This document shows, in pieces, positions 18,528 to 28,509 of a DNA stretch of 64,000 nucleotides. Each line of letters opens with the position of its first letter. The stretch's first letter is position 1. The position numbers and the translations under genes are program-made. This DNA is from Gammaproteobacteria bacterium (lineage in GTDB: Bacteria > Pseudomonadota > Gammaproteobacteria > HK1), in assembly GCA_049282355.1 (NCBI GenBank), contig JBAPTW010000152.1, positions 1,224 to 65,223 on the forward strand, given 5' to 3'. Below the pieces are notes generated by a model, which made no database searches, was not told the DNA's origin, and saw only the letters and a list, made by a program, of their open reading frames with translations.

Positions 18528-19850
18528 CTACTCCGCCGATAGCGCTTGACGGGGCCGAGGAACCGTGAGCATTAAGACAAAGCCAGTGGCCAGCAACACA
18601 ATGATGGGGCTCATGCCAATGCGCTGACTTCCCGTGAGGTGCGTCAACCATCCTACCGTTAGCGGCCCAAGAAAGGAGGTCGCCTTTCCGGATAAGGCAT
18701 ACAAACCAAACATTTCAGCGCGCAAGGCTTGGGGCGCAGCACGCGCAAGGTAGGAGCGACTTGCCGCCTGCACCGGTCCAATAAAAACCCCGATGATAAT
18801 TCCCAGTAGCCAGAAAGCGGATTCCGAGTCAACCAACAGGATGAGGATGCCGGGGACAATAAGCCCGACGAGCGATAGCATGATGGTGGCTTTGGCACCG
18901 ATCCAGTCGTCCACCCAGGCGAACGCCACCGCCCCCAGGCCAGCTGACACATTGAGCGCGATCCCGAACTTCAAGACATTCGCCTGGGACATGTCGAAGG
19001 TTCCCGCTGCATAGACACCCCCAAACATGAAAAGCGTGAGCAGCCCATCGGTGTAGAGCATCCGTGCGATCAGGAAGTGGATGATATGTCGGTAGCGTCG
19101 AGCCTGGCGAACGGAGCTCAGGAGTTGTCGAAAGCCGTCCAAAACGGCTTGCGAAAGCGCTTTACCGGTACTTGGTGTATCCGGAGTTAGAAGGAACAAC
19201 GGCACCGAAAATACCAATACCCACGCCGCGGTCAAAAGGAATGTTGCCCGCACATCTTCCGAAGCGCCGCGATCAAAAGTAAACCACGGATTCTCGGCCT
19301 CTATGAAGCCCAGCAGGGCCACCACGAGGCACGCCAAACCGCCCGCATAGCCCAATCCCCACCCCCATCCGGACCATCGGCCAATACGTTCGGTGGAGGC
19401 AATATCGGGAAGCATAGCGTTATAGAAAACGCTGGCAAACTCAGCCCCGAACGTACCCACCGCAACCACGATAAGCGCCAGCAAAACAGAGTCGGGCGAT
19501 GGTGCGACAAACCAAAGGCCGGCCGTCGCAATCACGCAAAGCAAGGTAAATACCGCGATCCAAGGCTTGCGACGACCGCCTTGATCAGCCATGGCGCCAA
19601 GGACCGGTCCACCGAGAGCAATGACGAATCCCGTAGCCGCCGTCATATAGCCCCACAGAGCGGTGCCCACCGTCTCGTTTTCGGCCACCACACGAACGAA
19701 GTAGGTGGCGAAAACGAAGGTTTGAATCAGGGTGAAAAACGCGCTGTTGGCCCAATCATACAAGGCCCAGGCGATTAGTCCGGAACGTTTTTTGGGATCC
19801 GAACGCGCTGTCAGGCGACCCGTGCTTGTTGCCTGCTTAGAAGGGCTCAT
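18528..19850 (-). CDS. MFS transporter (UMF1/Atg22-like family)
   Basis: About 12 predicted TM helices. The N-terminal WALYDWANSAFF motif is typical of UMF1. Start is uncertain: ATG 19850 (MSPSKQ) or TTG 19925. Confidence 0.8.
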   Translation of the reverse strand: MSPSKQATSTGRLTARSDPKKRSGLIAWALYDWANSAFFTLIQTFVFATYFVRVVAENETVGTALWGYMTAATGFVIALGGPVLGAMADQGGRRKPWIAVFTLLCVIATAGLWFVAPSPDSVLLALIVVAVGTFGAEFASVFYNAMLPDIASTERIGRWSGWGWGLGYAGGLACLVVALLGFIEAENPWFTFDRGASEDVRATFLLTAAWVLVFSVPLFLLTPDTPSTGKALSQAVLDGFRQLLSSVRQARRYRHIIHFLIARMLYTDGLLTLFMFGGVYAAGTFDMSQANVLKFGIALNVSAGLGAVAFAWVDDWIGAKATIMLSLVGLIVPGILILLVDSESAFWLLGIIIGVFIGPVQAASRSYLARAAPQALRAEMFGLYALSGKATSFLGPLTVGWLTHLTGSQRIGMSPIIVLLATGFVLMLTVPRPRQALSAE

Positions 19851-19942
19851 TTGGCTGGCGCGCTCAGCCACATAACCGCCACCAGGGTCTCTGGGTAAAC
19901 CCTCCAGCGCTGATTGGTGCTGCAAAAGCGCCGCAAGTTAGT

Positions 19943-21352
19943 TTACCGAATGACCAGAAATAAAGCCGTATCACCACGAACGATGTTCAGCAAGAGCCGG
20001 TTGGGGAAGTGCGCAACGGCCGGAGAAACGTCGGCGATTGAACTTACCTTTTGGCGGTTAATCGCGACAATCACGTCCCCCTGCCGCAATCCAGCCACCC
20101 AGGCGGGACTGCCCTGTTCAACTTGCTCGACCGCTATCCCTTCCATGCGCCCAGCCAAAGAATGACCCGGGTGAATAGGACCGAATATCGCCCCCATTAA
20201 CTGCCCGCTCACCTTTCCGGCGTCCAGCCTATGTCGCTCAGGCTCGACTAAGACTGTCCGAACACTCCGGCGGCGGCCGTTATGTACAGTGTCCAATGTA
20301 AGCTCGGTGCCCACACGCAATATCCCAATGGCATTGCGAAGCGCGCTGGCGTTGCGAATCGGCCGCCCGTTCAGCGCTGTCACAACGTCACCAGCCCGCA
20401 GCCCGGCAGCGGCAGCCGGCGAGCCGGGCTCCACGCGTGCCACCACCGCCCCTGCGGATAACTTAAGGCCGAAGGCCTGAGCGAGCTCCGGGGAAAGGTC
20501 TTGAAGTTCCACGCCGAGCTGGCCACGTCGCACTTCTCCGTATTCGATGAGTTGGGTCATAATCGCTTGGGTCATGTTGCTAGGAATGGCAAAGCCTATG
20601 CCGATATTGCCACCGGACCCACCAACGATCGCCGTATTGACACCGACCAATTCGCCTCGAAGATTAACCAGCGGACCACCGGAGTTGCCCAAATTTATCG
20701 AGGCGTCCGTCTGAATAAAATCTTCATATCTTTCTATCCCTAGCCCGCTTCGACCAAGTGCGCTCACGATCCCTGAGGTCACGGTTTGTCCCAGACCAAA
20801 GGGATTGCCGATGGCCACGACAAAGTCACCGACCCGCAACTGACTGGAGTCTCCAAGTGGCACTGCAGTGAGACGCTCCGGTCTTATCTTGAGCACGGCG
20901 AGATCCACCTCGGAGTCCGCGCCGACGAGGTCGGCGCTAAAGCGACGACCATCGTTCAGAGTGACCAAAATCTCCTCTGCCTCCTGAATGACATGATAAT
21001 TCGTGACCACATAGCCTGCCTTGGCGTCCACGATCACGCCGGAGCCCATACTTTGGGTTTCTCGCTGTTGAGGAATTCCCTCGAACTCAAAAAAGCGGCG
21101 GAAAAACGGATCGCTAAGCAGGGGATTTTGCTGCACTCGAATTCGAGCGCGGGTCGCAATATTCACCACTCCCGGCACAACACCTTCGAGCATCGGCGCA
21201 AGCGTAACGTCGCGGCCCGCAGCTGCTATCAGCGACGCGGCCCCGTGAAGCACGGGAGTCCATATCAAAAAAGAAATAACAACGAAAGCGCTAGCCCACT
21301 GACGCTTGACGTTCGGAGGCACAGCTGTCTGAGAACACATCGTGAATAACAT
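19943..21352 (-). CDS. Periplasmic Do-family serine endoprotease (DegP/DegQ type) with two PDZ domains
   Basis: 469 aa with a signal peptide. Catalytic motifs: TNYHVI, DLAVLK, GNSGGPLVNLRGELVGVNTAI. Two PDZ-like segments follow. Confidence 0.93.
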   Translation of the reverse strand: MLFTMCSQTAVPPNVKRQWASAFVVISFLIWTPVLHGAASLIAAAGRDVTLAPMLEGVVPGVVNIATRARIRVQQNPLLSDPFFRRFFEFEGIPQQRETQSMGSGVIVDAKAGYVVTNYHVIQEAEEILVTLNDGRRFSADLVGADSEVDLAVLKIRPERLTAVPLGDSSQLRVGDFVVAIGNPFGLGQTVTSGIVSALGRSGLGIERYEDFIQTDASINLGNSGGPLVNLRGELVGVNTAIVGGSGGNIGIGFAIPSNMTQAIMTQLIEYGEVRRGQLGVELQDLSPELAQAFGLKLSAGAVVARVEPGSPAAAAGLRAGDVVTALNGRPIRNASALRNAIGILRVGTELTLDTVHNGRRRSVRTVLVEPERHRLDAGKVSGQLMGAIFGPIHPGHSLAGRMEGIAVEQVEQGSPAWVAGLRQGDVIVAINRQKVSSIADVSPAVAHFPNRLLLNIVRGDTALFLVIR

Positions 21353-21360
21353 CTACCTTG

Positions 21361-21410
21361 AGAAGCTGTCTTAAAATCACAAGCGCCGGAGTCGCAAGGC
21401 GTGCGCTGAC
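21361..21410 (+). repeat. Left-arm partial copy of the MITE-like family, abutting the degP/Q-type start region
   Basis: GAAGCTGTCTTAAAATCACAAGCGCCGGAGTCGCAAGGCGTGCGC lies 8 nt from the protease ATG on the other strand. Confidence 0.7.
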
Positions 21411-21928
21411 CAACAATTGGCCGATGCAGCTATTTCACCAGGCACAACAGCCATCGCCTTCGCCGCACCATCGCTCCTCGCAAGCACTTTAGACATTGGT
21501 GTCCTTAGCGCGCGTGATGTAGCCCTGCCCTTGCCGCCCTCAGCACGGTGCGCCGAAATAGCCCTCCAGTAAAGGTGGCGCTAGATTACCACGGACGGCA
21601 ACATCAGCTTACACGAAAACCTGTCGTCAAAGAGCTATCCATAGTCATAATTGTTTAATGTCATCCTCTTCGCGTCAGCCCGTTTCGTCCTGAACCTGGA
21701 CTTGCCAGCCATGCGATCGCCAGCGGCGAAATCCTGCGCCATTGCCCGGCCGTTTGATCTTTTCAAAACCGCCTATTATCAAATCGCTTATAGTTTGGGT
21801 GCGGTGCTAACGTCATTCATTTAGCGACTCTGGAATCTGCACTTTTCGACGTAAACCGATATCATTTCCGACTGTCTTGTAATATCATCATCACACTAAT
21901 ATTGGTTGTTAACCGCATCAGGCACTAA

Positions 21929-22068
21929 GAAGCTGTTTAAGGAATATCGCAAGCGCCGGGGTCGCAAAGCTCACGATGGCAAGCCGACCGAAGTGTACAG
22001 GAAGTGCCGGGCATGGGTTGCGCCGCGCGGCACCATTATGACAACAGAGATGATTTTTAAACAGCTTC
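21929..22068. mobile_element. Complete MITE-like element (140 bp)
   Basis: GAAGCTGTTTAAGGAATATCGCAAGCGCCGGGGTCGCAAAG...GATGATTTTTAAACAGCTTC. Flanked by TAA on both sides (21926-21928 and 22069-22071). Confidence 0.8.
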
Positions 22069-22150
22069 TAAGATTGCCGCAACAGCCTTAAAGATAGGTT
22101 GCGGTAGCCAATCAGAATCCAAGCAAACGCGCAGAAGGAGGCTGAGAGCT

Positions 22151-22501
22151 ATGTTATCTTCCGCCAAACGCTATCAGCAAACTCATCACCGTGCTCAAGC
22201 ATCTAATGCGGCGACGCGGCTGCTCGAACAGCATGCAGAAGGCCTGCAAGCGAGCGTTGATGAGAGCATGTTTTCCATCGACACGCGCCCCGATCCCACT
22301 GGGCGAGTCATTATTATTGGACGACCGACGCGAAAGCGCGCTGAGGCGTTCCTCAATATCCCCATCTCCGATCACACGCGCAAGCGCTTAGATGAGCAGG
22401 TCATAGGCTCTCTGGCAATGGGCACAAGCGCTCTTTTGGAGTGGGCGCTTCAAGAGTTGCAGCGTCGGGGAATCACTGTTGAAGCGCGCCTTCAGGAGTA
22501 A
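22151..22501 (+). CDS. Hypothetical protein (116 aa)
   Basis: Strong RBS (GAAGGAGG) upstream of the ATG. No family recognised. Confidence 0.5.
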   Translation: MLSSAKRYQQTHHRAQASNAATRLLEQHAEGLQASVDESMFSIDTRPDPTGRVIIIGRPTRKRAEAFLNIPISDHTRKRLDEQVIGSLAMGTSALLEWALQELQRRGITVEARLQE

Positions 22502-22560
22502 AACCAACCCCAAGCCGACCCTCGCGAAAATGCTGACGTCATGCTTCGGTCGCTAAGCTG

Positions 22561-22604
22561 CGCCGAGGCGCTATGACAAGCCCAGTAGTTTTTTCAAAAG
22601 CTTC
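22561..22604 (+). repeat. Degenerate right-arm fragment of the MITE-like family
   Basis: CGCCGAGGCGCTATGACAAGCCCAGTAGTTTTTTCAAAAGCTTC compared with CGCAACGCCGCTATGGCAAGCGCAGTAATTTTTAAAACAGCTTC. Confidence 0.55.
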
Positions 22605-22612
22605 GAAAGGTA

Positions 22613-23176
22613 TTACATGGGCTGGCGAATCGTGAAGGCGCCGCGCAAATCTCCCACCGAGAAGCCTGTAGCCTGGTCCTGGGGATATAAATCCTCGAGC
22701 TTTGTAGCGATAGGGGGTGCCAATTCCTTTCCGTGGCAGGTCAAGCATACTTGATCCATGGGAATGGCCTTCATGTATCGAAAGTAGCGTTGCCCATTCA
22801 CGGACACGATCTCGTGACGGTCGATCTGTTGCGGATCTTCGCCGCGTGCCACCCGTTGCTTAAATTCCTCGAGCACGCGCCGCTCCCAAGCATCTGGCGC
22901 GTTGCTCGGATTACGCAGCTTAAGGCTGGTCCGAGCAATATCCCATCCTCTGTCCTCTGAGATCGCGGCCGCGATAGCGGGTGCGGTTTCTTTACATACT
23001 TCGATAGCATGCGCTGGCCCACCAGACGCTATTGCCGTCTTGAGTGCGCTCTTAAGAGACATGGAAAACTCTTTAATGACAGCCCGGCTGGCAGCAACCC
23101 GATCCTCGATCTCACTAGCGAATGCTGAGCTCAAAGCTAGGATACCTGCAATGCCGATAACAGTCAGCGAGCGCAT
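22613..23176 (-). CDS. DUF3365 (Tll0287-like) haem c-binding periplasmic protein
   Basis: Signal peptide, a CLTCHG haem-binding motif near the C-terminus, and YFRYMKAIP...VGDLRGAF typical of DUF3365. Confidence 0.8.
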   Translation of the reverse strand: MRSLTVIGIAGILALSSAFASEIEDRVAASRAVIKEFSMSLKSALKTAIASGGPAHAIEVCKETAPAIAAAISEDRGWDIARTSLKLRNPSNAPDAWERRVLEEFKQRVARGEDPQQIDRHEIVSVNGQRYFRYMKAIPMDQVCLTCHGKELAPPIATKLEDLYPQDQATGFSVGDLRGAFTIRQPM

Positions 23177-23180
23177 ATTG

Positions 23181-23438
23181 CTACTCCCAATGATTATTTA
23201 CCTCACTGCCCGCCCCCCGTAAGCCGGGCTCTGCATCGCTAAAGAAAATGTTACCACAGAAGCTCTGCGGCCGGCTGTAAGCGATAAAGTGCCTAAGTAC
23301 TCGGTCTGGGCGGGTGCTCACAGGGGGAGGCGGCACAAACCAGAGGTAGGTGATGGTGCAGCCACCGGCAAAGTCCGCACCGCATCCAGCGAGCACCACC
23401 ACCGAGCATGCGGGAGAAACGTTCTGATAATTGACCAT
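23181..23438 (-). CDS. Uncertain ORF, possibly the 3' part of a frameshifted small membrane protein gene
   Basis: The stop lies 5 nt upstream of the DUF3365 ATG, an operon-like position. An overlapping ORF (23293-23541) in another frame begins with a clean TM helix, MVIDNLTLVGIGVLTFVVGFYFGI. No family recognised. Confidence 0.25.
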   Translation of the reverse strand: MVNYQNVSPACSVVVLAGCGADFAGGCTITYLWFVPPPPVSTRPDRVLRHFIAYSRPQSFCGNIFFSDAEPGLRGAGSEVNNHWE

Positions 23439-23723
23439 ACCGGCGATCGCACTGCGGACTCGTCAGGCAGATCCCAAAATAGAAGCCGACCACGAAAGTC
23501 AGCACTCCAATACCGACAAGAGTCAGATTATCGATGACCATTCTCTGTTCCTCAATATATAAACTATATTCGAATATACTTATATACTATTTGCGGTCAT
23601 CTTGTCCAGTCGAATAGACATCGAGAGGGGCTTGTTATTCCTTTATTCGTATATCGTAGGCTAAGGACCTCAATGAGGCCGCGCCTTCAGAGCCTGCCGA
23701 AGAAACGCATCAATCCATCATAG

Positions 23724-24086
23724 TTCGAGCAGGCCCGCAGTAAAGCCCCGGCGATCATCTTTATCGACGAACTCGACGCCCTCGGGCGGGCGCGCGGCGC
23801 CTTTCCCGCTGCCGGCGGCCACGACGAGCGAGAGCAAACGCTCAATCAGCTGCTCTCGGAACTCGACGGCTTCGACCCGTGTGAAGGGTTGTGTTGCTCG
23901 CAGCGACTAACCGGCCGGAAATTCTCGATCCCGCGCTGTTGCGTGCCGGGCGGTTCGATCGCCAGATCCTCGTTGATCGACCGGACAAGCAAGGGCGTGT
24001 CCAAATCCTCAAGGTTCATATGAAGAAGGTCCGCCTCGGGAACAACGTCGACGCGGAAAAGATCGCGGCGCTGACAACCGGCTTCT
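23724..24086 (+). pseudogene. ftsH: FtsH AAA-domain fragment, truncated at both ends with an internal frameshift
   Basis: Reads [25 protein letters not shown]....[25 protein letters not shown], then a -1 frame change near 23885, then [47 protein letters not shown] stop codon precedes FEQ. Homology is lost after ...TTGF at about 24086. Confidence 0.85.
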
Positions 24087-24099
24087 GGGATCAATGGAT

Positions 24100-24154
24100 G
24101 GATCAATGGGGTCAGACTCGATTGAACTTCAATCAAGTCTGACCCCATTGATCC
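24100..24154. repeat. Near-perfect 55-nt palindrome at the 3' break of the ftsH fragment
   Basis: GGATCAATGGGGTCAGACT (24100-24118) pairs perfectly with AGTCTGACCCCATTGATCC (24136-24154). The 17-nt loop is itself palindromic (GATTGAA.TTCAATC). It is preceded by a direct repeat of GGATCAATGG. Confidence 0.85.
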
Positions 24155-24306
24155 CGAGAGGGGGCACGCACGTTGCCCTTATTGCAGTGCCGAGTTTGTG
24201 CTCGAATCCCCTGATGGAGAACAGGAGAAGGCACTGTGAAACTCAAGCTCAGCTATAACGGTATACTTACCGCTGCGCACCCTGGAGGTATGAGGGTTAG
24301 TCCATC

Positions 24307-24693
24307 ATGACCAACGAATCACTGCACGTCGTTTGTCCGCATTGCGATGCGGTAAACCGAATTCCGGCTGCTCGCCTAGGCGAAGGGGCGAAGTGCGGCA
24401 AGTGCCATCGCCCGCTGTTCAGCGGTCATCCCATTGAGCTGACCGGTGCTAACTTCCAAAAACATGTCACCCGCAGCGACATTCCGCTGCTGGTGGATTT
24501 CTGGGCGCCCTGGTGCGGGCCCTGCGAGGTGATGGCCCCGGCATTCGAACAGGCGACTCGCCAGATCCCTTGGCGTGCCCGCGGTTACGGGCATAGCGGA
24601 TGCCACACAGACCCGAATCTGGGTGTGCGGGGACTGCGGCTGTCGCTTTCGACCGCACGAAACCTATTCTGGACACAGCTTGCGGCGTTGTAG
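24307..24693 (+). pseudogene. trxC: Thioredoxin-2 (TrxC-type) gene, 3'-truncated/chimeric
   Basis: The N-terminal zinc finger CPHCDAVNRIP...CGKCHRPLF and active site DFWAPWCGPC are intact. After ...APAFEQATRQ (about nt 24555) the frame continues with unrelated sequence, and the expected ...VNTE...IRSIPT... is absent in every frame. Confidence 0.7.
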
Positions 24694-24947
24694 AACCAGA
24701 GGCGATCGTTGAACTGGTCAATAGAGGTGTTTTGAAGCCCACCGGCGGGCGCGCAGTCCACTGGCGTTTTTCATCCGCAAATGTTTCGCGTGCCTACACA
24801 GCAACGCGTTTGCAGAAGGAGTTTGGGATGAACGCGGCTGGTGTCGCTTATACTATGGAGCTTCTGGATATGAACGAAGCGCTCCGCACCAGGCTTCGAG
24901 AGCTGGAGCGAATGCTAGACGGGAATGCCATCGGAATAGGGTATTGA
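24600..24947 (+). CDS. CbpM-like (MerR-type) chaperone modulator, without an adjacent cbpA
   Basis: ...ACGVVEPEAIVELVNRGVLKP...WRFSSANVSRAYTATRLQKEFGMNAAGVAYTMELLDMNEALRTRLRELE parallels CbpM. The 5' end overlaps the trxC remnant, so the true start is uncertain. Confidence 0.55.
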   Translation: MPHRPESGCAGTAAVAFDRTKPILDTACGVVEPEAIVELVNRGVLKPTGGRAVHWRFSSANVSRAYTATRLQKEFGMNAAGVAYTMELLDMNEALRTRLRELERMLDGNAIGIGY

Positions 24948-25233
24948 GCGTACCTGCCTTAGAGTTACCAAACGTCTCTGTCGTAAAGTGAGTGTTTTTG
25001 TAGACCTTGTAGATCGCGCCGCGGCTCAACAAAGCGCTCCCGGCGCTCTGTGCTCTCGGACCAGGTGACAAAATTTTACGGATTGACGAGCATTGCGTTC
25101 ATGATATGCATAGCGGCCAGGCCGGACTGGCGTAGTCGAGTGACAGCCCGTCCGCTCACAATCCTTTCATCAACCCTTGGTAATTGCGTTCAATGATCCA
25201 TCACACTGAGTGAAACCAAGAGGCGTACCAGCA

Positions 25234-25821
25234 ATGGCAAGCAAGAAAATCTTGATGTTAGTCGGTGACTTCGTAGAAGACTACGAGGCTATGGTTCCTT
25301 TCCAAATGCTGCTGATGGTCGGACATGAGGTTATTTCCGTCTGTCCCGGGAAAAAGCCGGGTGAAACCGTGCGCACCGCCATCCATGACTTCGAAGGTGA
25401 TCAAACCTACAGCGAAAAACCCGGGCACAGGTTTGCGGTCAACGGTGATTTTGACGACATCGATGCCTCGAGCTTCGATGCGTTAGTCATTCCTGGTGGT
25501 CGGGCTCCGGAGTATTTGCGCCTAAATGACCGTGTCCTCGACATCGTGCGCCAGTTTGACGCGGCCCAAAAACCTATCGCCGCCGTCTGTCATGGCGCTC
25601 AGATCCTCGCAGCAGCTGGCGTTCTGGAGGGCAAGCGCTGCAGTGCCTATCCCGCGGTAAAACCTGAAGTGGAACGTGCCGGCGCAAACTGGGGTGAACC
25701 CAATGAGAATTACAGTAATGCTTACGTGGATAATAATTTAGTCACCGCGGCAGCGTGGCCCGGGCATCCCGAATGGATGCGTAAGTTCCTCGACGTGTTG
25801 GGAACACGGATAGAACCCTGA
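25234..25821 (+). CDS. DJ-1/PfpI family protein
   Basis: [18 protein letters not shown]...[14 protein letters not shown]...[11 protein letters not shown], with the nucleophile-elbow Cys-His present. Confidence 0.9.
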   Translation: MASKKILMLVGDFVEDYEAMVPFQMLLMVGHEVISVCPGKKPGETVRTAIHDFEGDQTYSEKPGHRFAVNGDFDDIDASSFDALVIPGGRAPEYLRLNDRVLDIVRQFDAAQKPIAAVCHGAQILAAAGVLEGKRCSAYPAVKPEVERAGANWGEPNENYSNAYVDNNLVTAAAWPGHPEWMRKFLDVLGTRIEP

Positions 25822-25832
25822 TAGCTATCTTA

Positions 25833-25890
25833 GGCGCTGTTTTAAAGAGATCGCGAGCGCCGGAGTCGCAAGGCGGGACGAAGCACCTAC
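25833..25890 (+). repeat. Left-arm partial copy of the MITE-like family
   Basis: GGCGCTGTTTTAAAGAGATCGCGAGCGCCGGAGTCGCAAGGCGGGAC, preceded by TTA. Confidence 0.7.
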
Positions 25891-26006
25891 CCGAGCACAG
25901 CCGCGGACGTAACCAGGAGGGATCTTAGCTGCGCGAAATTCGACTGGAGCATTTCTCCTTCCTCAATCGAGTTGAGAAACACACCTGCACCGAACGCGGC
26001 GTGGAA

Positions 26007-28328
26007 ATGATCGTCGATGGGGAGCGGCTGCGGGTGGAGGTTCTACGCAGTGACATCGTACGCTTTCAGATCAGTCGCCAGCAAAGCTTTGATGAGAGAC
26101 CGACGTTCTCAACCACCCCTGACATTGATTCCGTGGCCGTATTTAAGGTAACGGAGACAGCAAAAAACCTGTGGGTTTCGACCGAGCAGATCGATGTCGT
26201 CATCGGCAAGGCGCCTTTCACCATCGACATTTATCGGCGAAATGGGCCACCCATTCTTGAGAGCCATCGCATTGCGCCTCACCGTGGACAAGCTTACGGT
26301 ACGCTCAATGACATGTTTGCCGTGGTGCGCCGTTGCCAACCCGATGATGCCATCTTTGGGCTCGGTGAAAAAACCGGCCGCCTCAATCGCAAGGGCCGTA
26401 CGTTCTTGCTTTGGAACACCGACGTCCTGGGGCTTGATGAACAGGGTAACGCACCCAGAGATCCAGGCGGTACGGCGTTTGATCCCTACTATATCTCTAT
26501 TCCTTTTTTCTGCCGCTTGGACCGAGCCAGTGCCGCAATGGCTGGTTTTTTTCTGGACAATACCTTTCGGGCTCAATTCGACTTTTCACGGCCCGATCAG
26601 TACCGGATTTATTTTTTCGGCGGTCATTACCTCGAATATGTGCTGGCCGGACCCTCCCTAACAAGCATACTGGAGGGTTTCAGCTGGCTTACCGGCCACA
26701 TGCCGCGCCCCCCCGTTTGGGCTCTCGGCCACCATCAGTGCCGTTGGCACCCCTACACCAGTGCAAGTCTCCTCGATCTTGGGAAACAGTATCGGGACCG
26801 CGCCATCCCCTGTGACGCTTTGTGGCTCGATATTGACTACATGGATGGCTATCGCGTCTTTACCTGGGACAAGGCACGATTTCCAGCTCCTGCCGAAACC
26901 GTCTCGAGACTCAAGCTGGATGGTTTCCAGGTCGTGCCCATCATTGATCCCGGAGTCAAGGTCGATCCCGGTTATCACACCTATGAGCAAGGCTGTACCG
27001 GCAATCATTTTTGCAAAACCGAAGGAGGCGCTACCTACACCGGCCAGGTATGGCCCGGAGCGAGCGCCTTTCCAGATTTCCTGCGAGCGTCGACCCGGCA
27101 ATGGTGGGCGCAGCAGATCGCCGAGCAGGTATCAGCAACCGGCGTCGCTGGCATCTGGAATGACATGAACGAGCCCGCAACGGGCGCCATTGACCCGATG
27201 CCAATGAGGTTTGACGAAGGTCGGCAATCTCATCTGCGCCATCATAATCAATATGCGCTCCTCATGGCCCTTGCCACTGCAGACGGCTGTCGTCAAGCAC
27301 TACCGGATCGCCGTCCCTTCATGCTCAGTCGCGCCGGTTGCGCGGGTATCCAACGCTATTGTGCAAACTGGTTAGGCGATAATTTCGCCCGCTGGGACCA
27401 CTTGTGGATGAGTATGCCAATGAGCATGGGGCTCGGACTGTCGGGACAGCCCTTTGTCGGAGCCGATGTGGGCGGTTTTGCTGGGAATTGTTTTCCAGAG
27501 CTCCTCGTGCGCTGGTACCAGTGTGCGGCATTTAGCCCCTTTTTGCGCAACCACAGCGCTACCGGCATGCCCGACCAGTACCCCTGGTCGTTCGGCAGCA
27601 CGGTGGAAACCCTATGCCGCCGAGCGATTGCCATGCGCTATCGGCTGATGCCTTATATCTACGCCGCATTCGTTGAGGCCTCTGCACATGGAACACCGAT
27701 CCAAAGACCGCTTATCGTTGATTTCCAAGCAGACAGCATGGCTCATGACGTCGATGATGCCTATTTGTTTGGAGAGCACCTACTGGTGGCACCCATTTAC
27801 GCCCCGGGCCAGCGCCATCGAACCGTTTATCTCCCGCAAGGAAGTTGGCATCACTGGCACACAGGCGAAATTTTCCGCGGGCCACAGGTCATCGACACTG
27901 CCGCACCTATTCACTACATCCCGGTTTTTGCACGCGCTGGCAGTGTCATTGCCACCTGGCCAGAGGCGCCTCTGACCACGGCCGGTTATCAGCCCCGAAT
28001 CATCGACCTGCATGTATTTTTGCCCGATGACGCCAGCGAGCGGCGCACGACGTTATATGAGGATGACGGATCGAGCTTTGCCTATCAGCGAGGAGAATTT
28101 CAGCGAACCGAATTTGTGCTTGAGCGACGCAGGAACCGCTTTCGCCTTCACGCAGCCGTTGAGGGCAACGGCTTTGCCGAGTGGCAACGTGCTCTGTTCC
28201 GGCTGCGCTTTTACGGCACGATTGGGGATACGGTCGAGCTCAACGGCAGGCGGCAAACGCTTGTCGCTAATAAGCTCATACTCCCCAATGCTCACAAAGC
28301 TTTTATACTATCAGGAAGCGTTGCTTAG
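26007..28328 (+). CDS. GH31 alpha-glucosidase
   Basis: About 773 aa. Catalytic nucleophile motif GIWNDMNEP and acid/base region GADVGGF, with an N-terminal beta-sandwich. A GTG at 26001 is also possible. Confidence 0.9.
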   Translation: MIVDGERLRVEVLRSDIVRFQISRQQSFDERPTFSTTPDIDSVAVFKVTETAKNLWVSTEQIDVVIGKAPFTIDIYRRNGPPILESHRIAPHRGQAYGTLNDMFAVVRRCQPDDAIFGLGEKTGRLNRKGRTFLLWNTDVLGLDEQGNAPRDPGGTAFDPYYISIPFFCRLDRASAAMAGFFLDNTFRAQFDFSRPDQYRIYFFGGHYLEYVLAGPSLTSILEGFSWLTGHMPRPPVWALGHHQCRWHPYTSASLLDLGKQYRDRAIPCDALWLDIDYMDGYRVFTWDKARFPAPAETVSRLKLDGFQVVPIIDPGVKVDPGYHTYEQGCTGNHFCKTEGGATYTGQVWPGASAFPDFLRASTRQWWAQQIAEQVSATGVAGIWNDMNEPATGAIDPMPMRFDEGRQSHLRHHNQYALLMALATADGCRQALPDRRPFMLSRAGCAGIQRYCANWLGDNFARWDHLWMSMPMSMGLGLSGQPFVGADVGGFAGNCFPELLVRWYQCAAFSPFLRNHSATGMPDQYPWSFGSTVETLCRRAIAMRYRLMPYIYAAFVEASAHGTPIQRPLIVDFQADSMAHDVDDAYLFGEHLLVAPIYAPGQRHRTVYLPQGSWHHWHTGEIFRGPQVIDTAAPIHYIPVFARAGSVIATWPEAPLTTAGYQPRIIDLHVFLPDDASERRTTLYEDDGSSFAYQRGEFQRTEFVLERRRNRFRLHAAVEGNGFAEWQRALFRLRFYGTIGDTVELNGRRQTLVANKLILPNAHKAFILSGSVA

Positions 28329-28509
28329 CTCGCGCGATGTGTGCGCTCCCATAGAGGTGCCGGAGGAACACTGGGTGTTCAATCCCTTGGTATCAGCAGG
28401 ATCAGCTCACGCCGCTTTGAGCACGTGTGGTGTCGTTATGGAAGCACGCCAAATAGGATCGAGCTGAGCAACAGCAAATCGGCATAAAAAATGCTCATTC
28501 CAAATGATT

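Noticed and set aside
21906-22091. 61-aa ORF (MLTASGTKKLFKEYRKRRGRKAHDG...).
   Set aside because: It lies almost entirely within a MITE-like element (21929-22068). It has no RBS, and similar pseudo-ORFs arise in other copies.
24236-24310. 24-codon ORF (VKLKLSYNGILTAAHPGGMRVSPS) with AGGAGAAGG upstream, overlapping the trxC ATG (ATGA).
   Set aside because: It is too short, uses a GTG start, and lies in a decayed region. It could be a leader peptide, but there is no supporting evidence.
24960-25075. GC-rich imperfect palindrome downstream of the cbpM-like gene (…GCGCCGCGGCTCAACAAAGCGCTCCCGGCGC…).
   Set aside because: It could be a terminator or a degenerate repeat. It has no clear stem plus T-tract and no match to the MITE termini.
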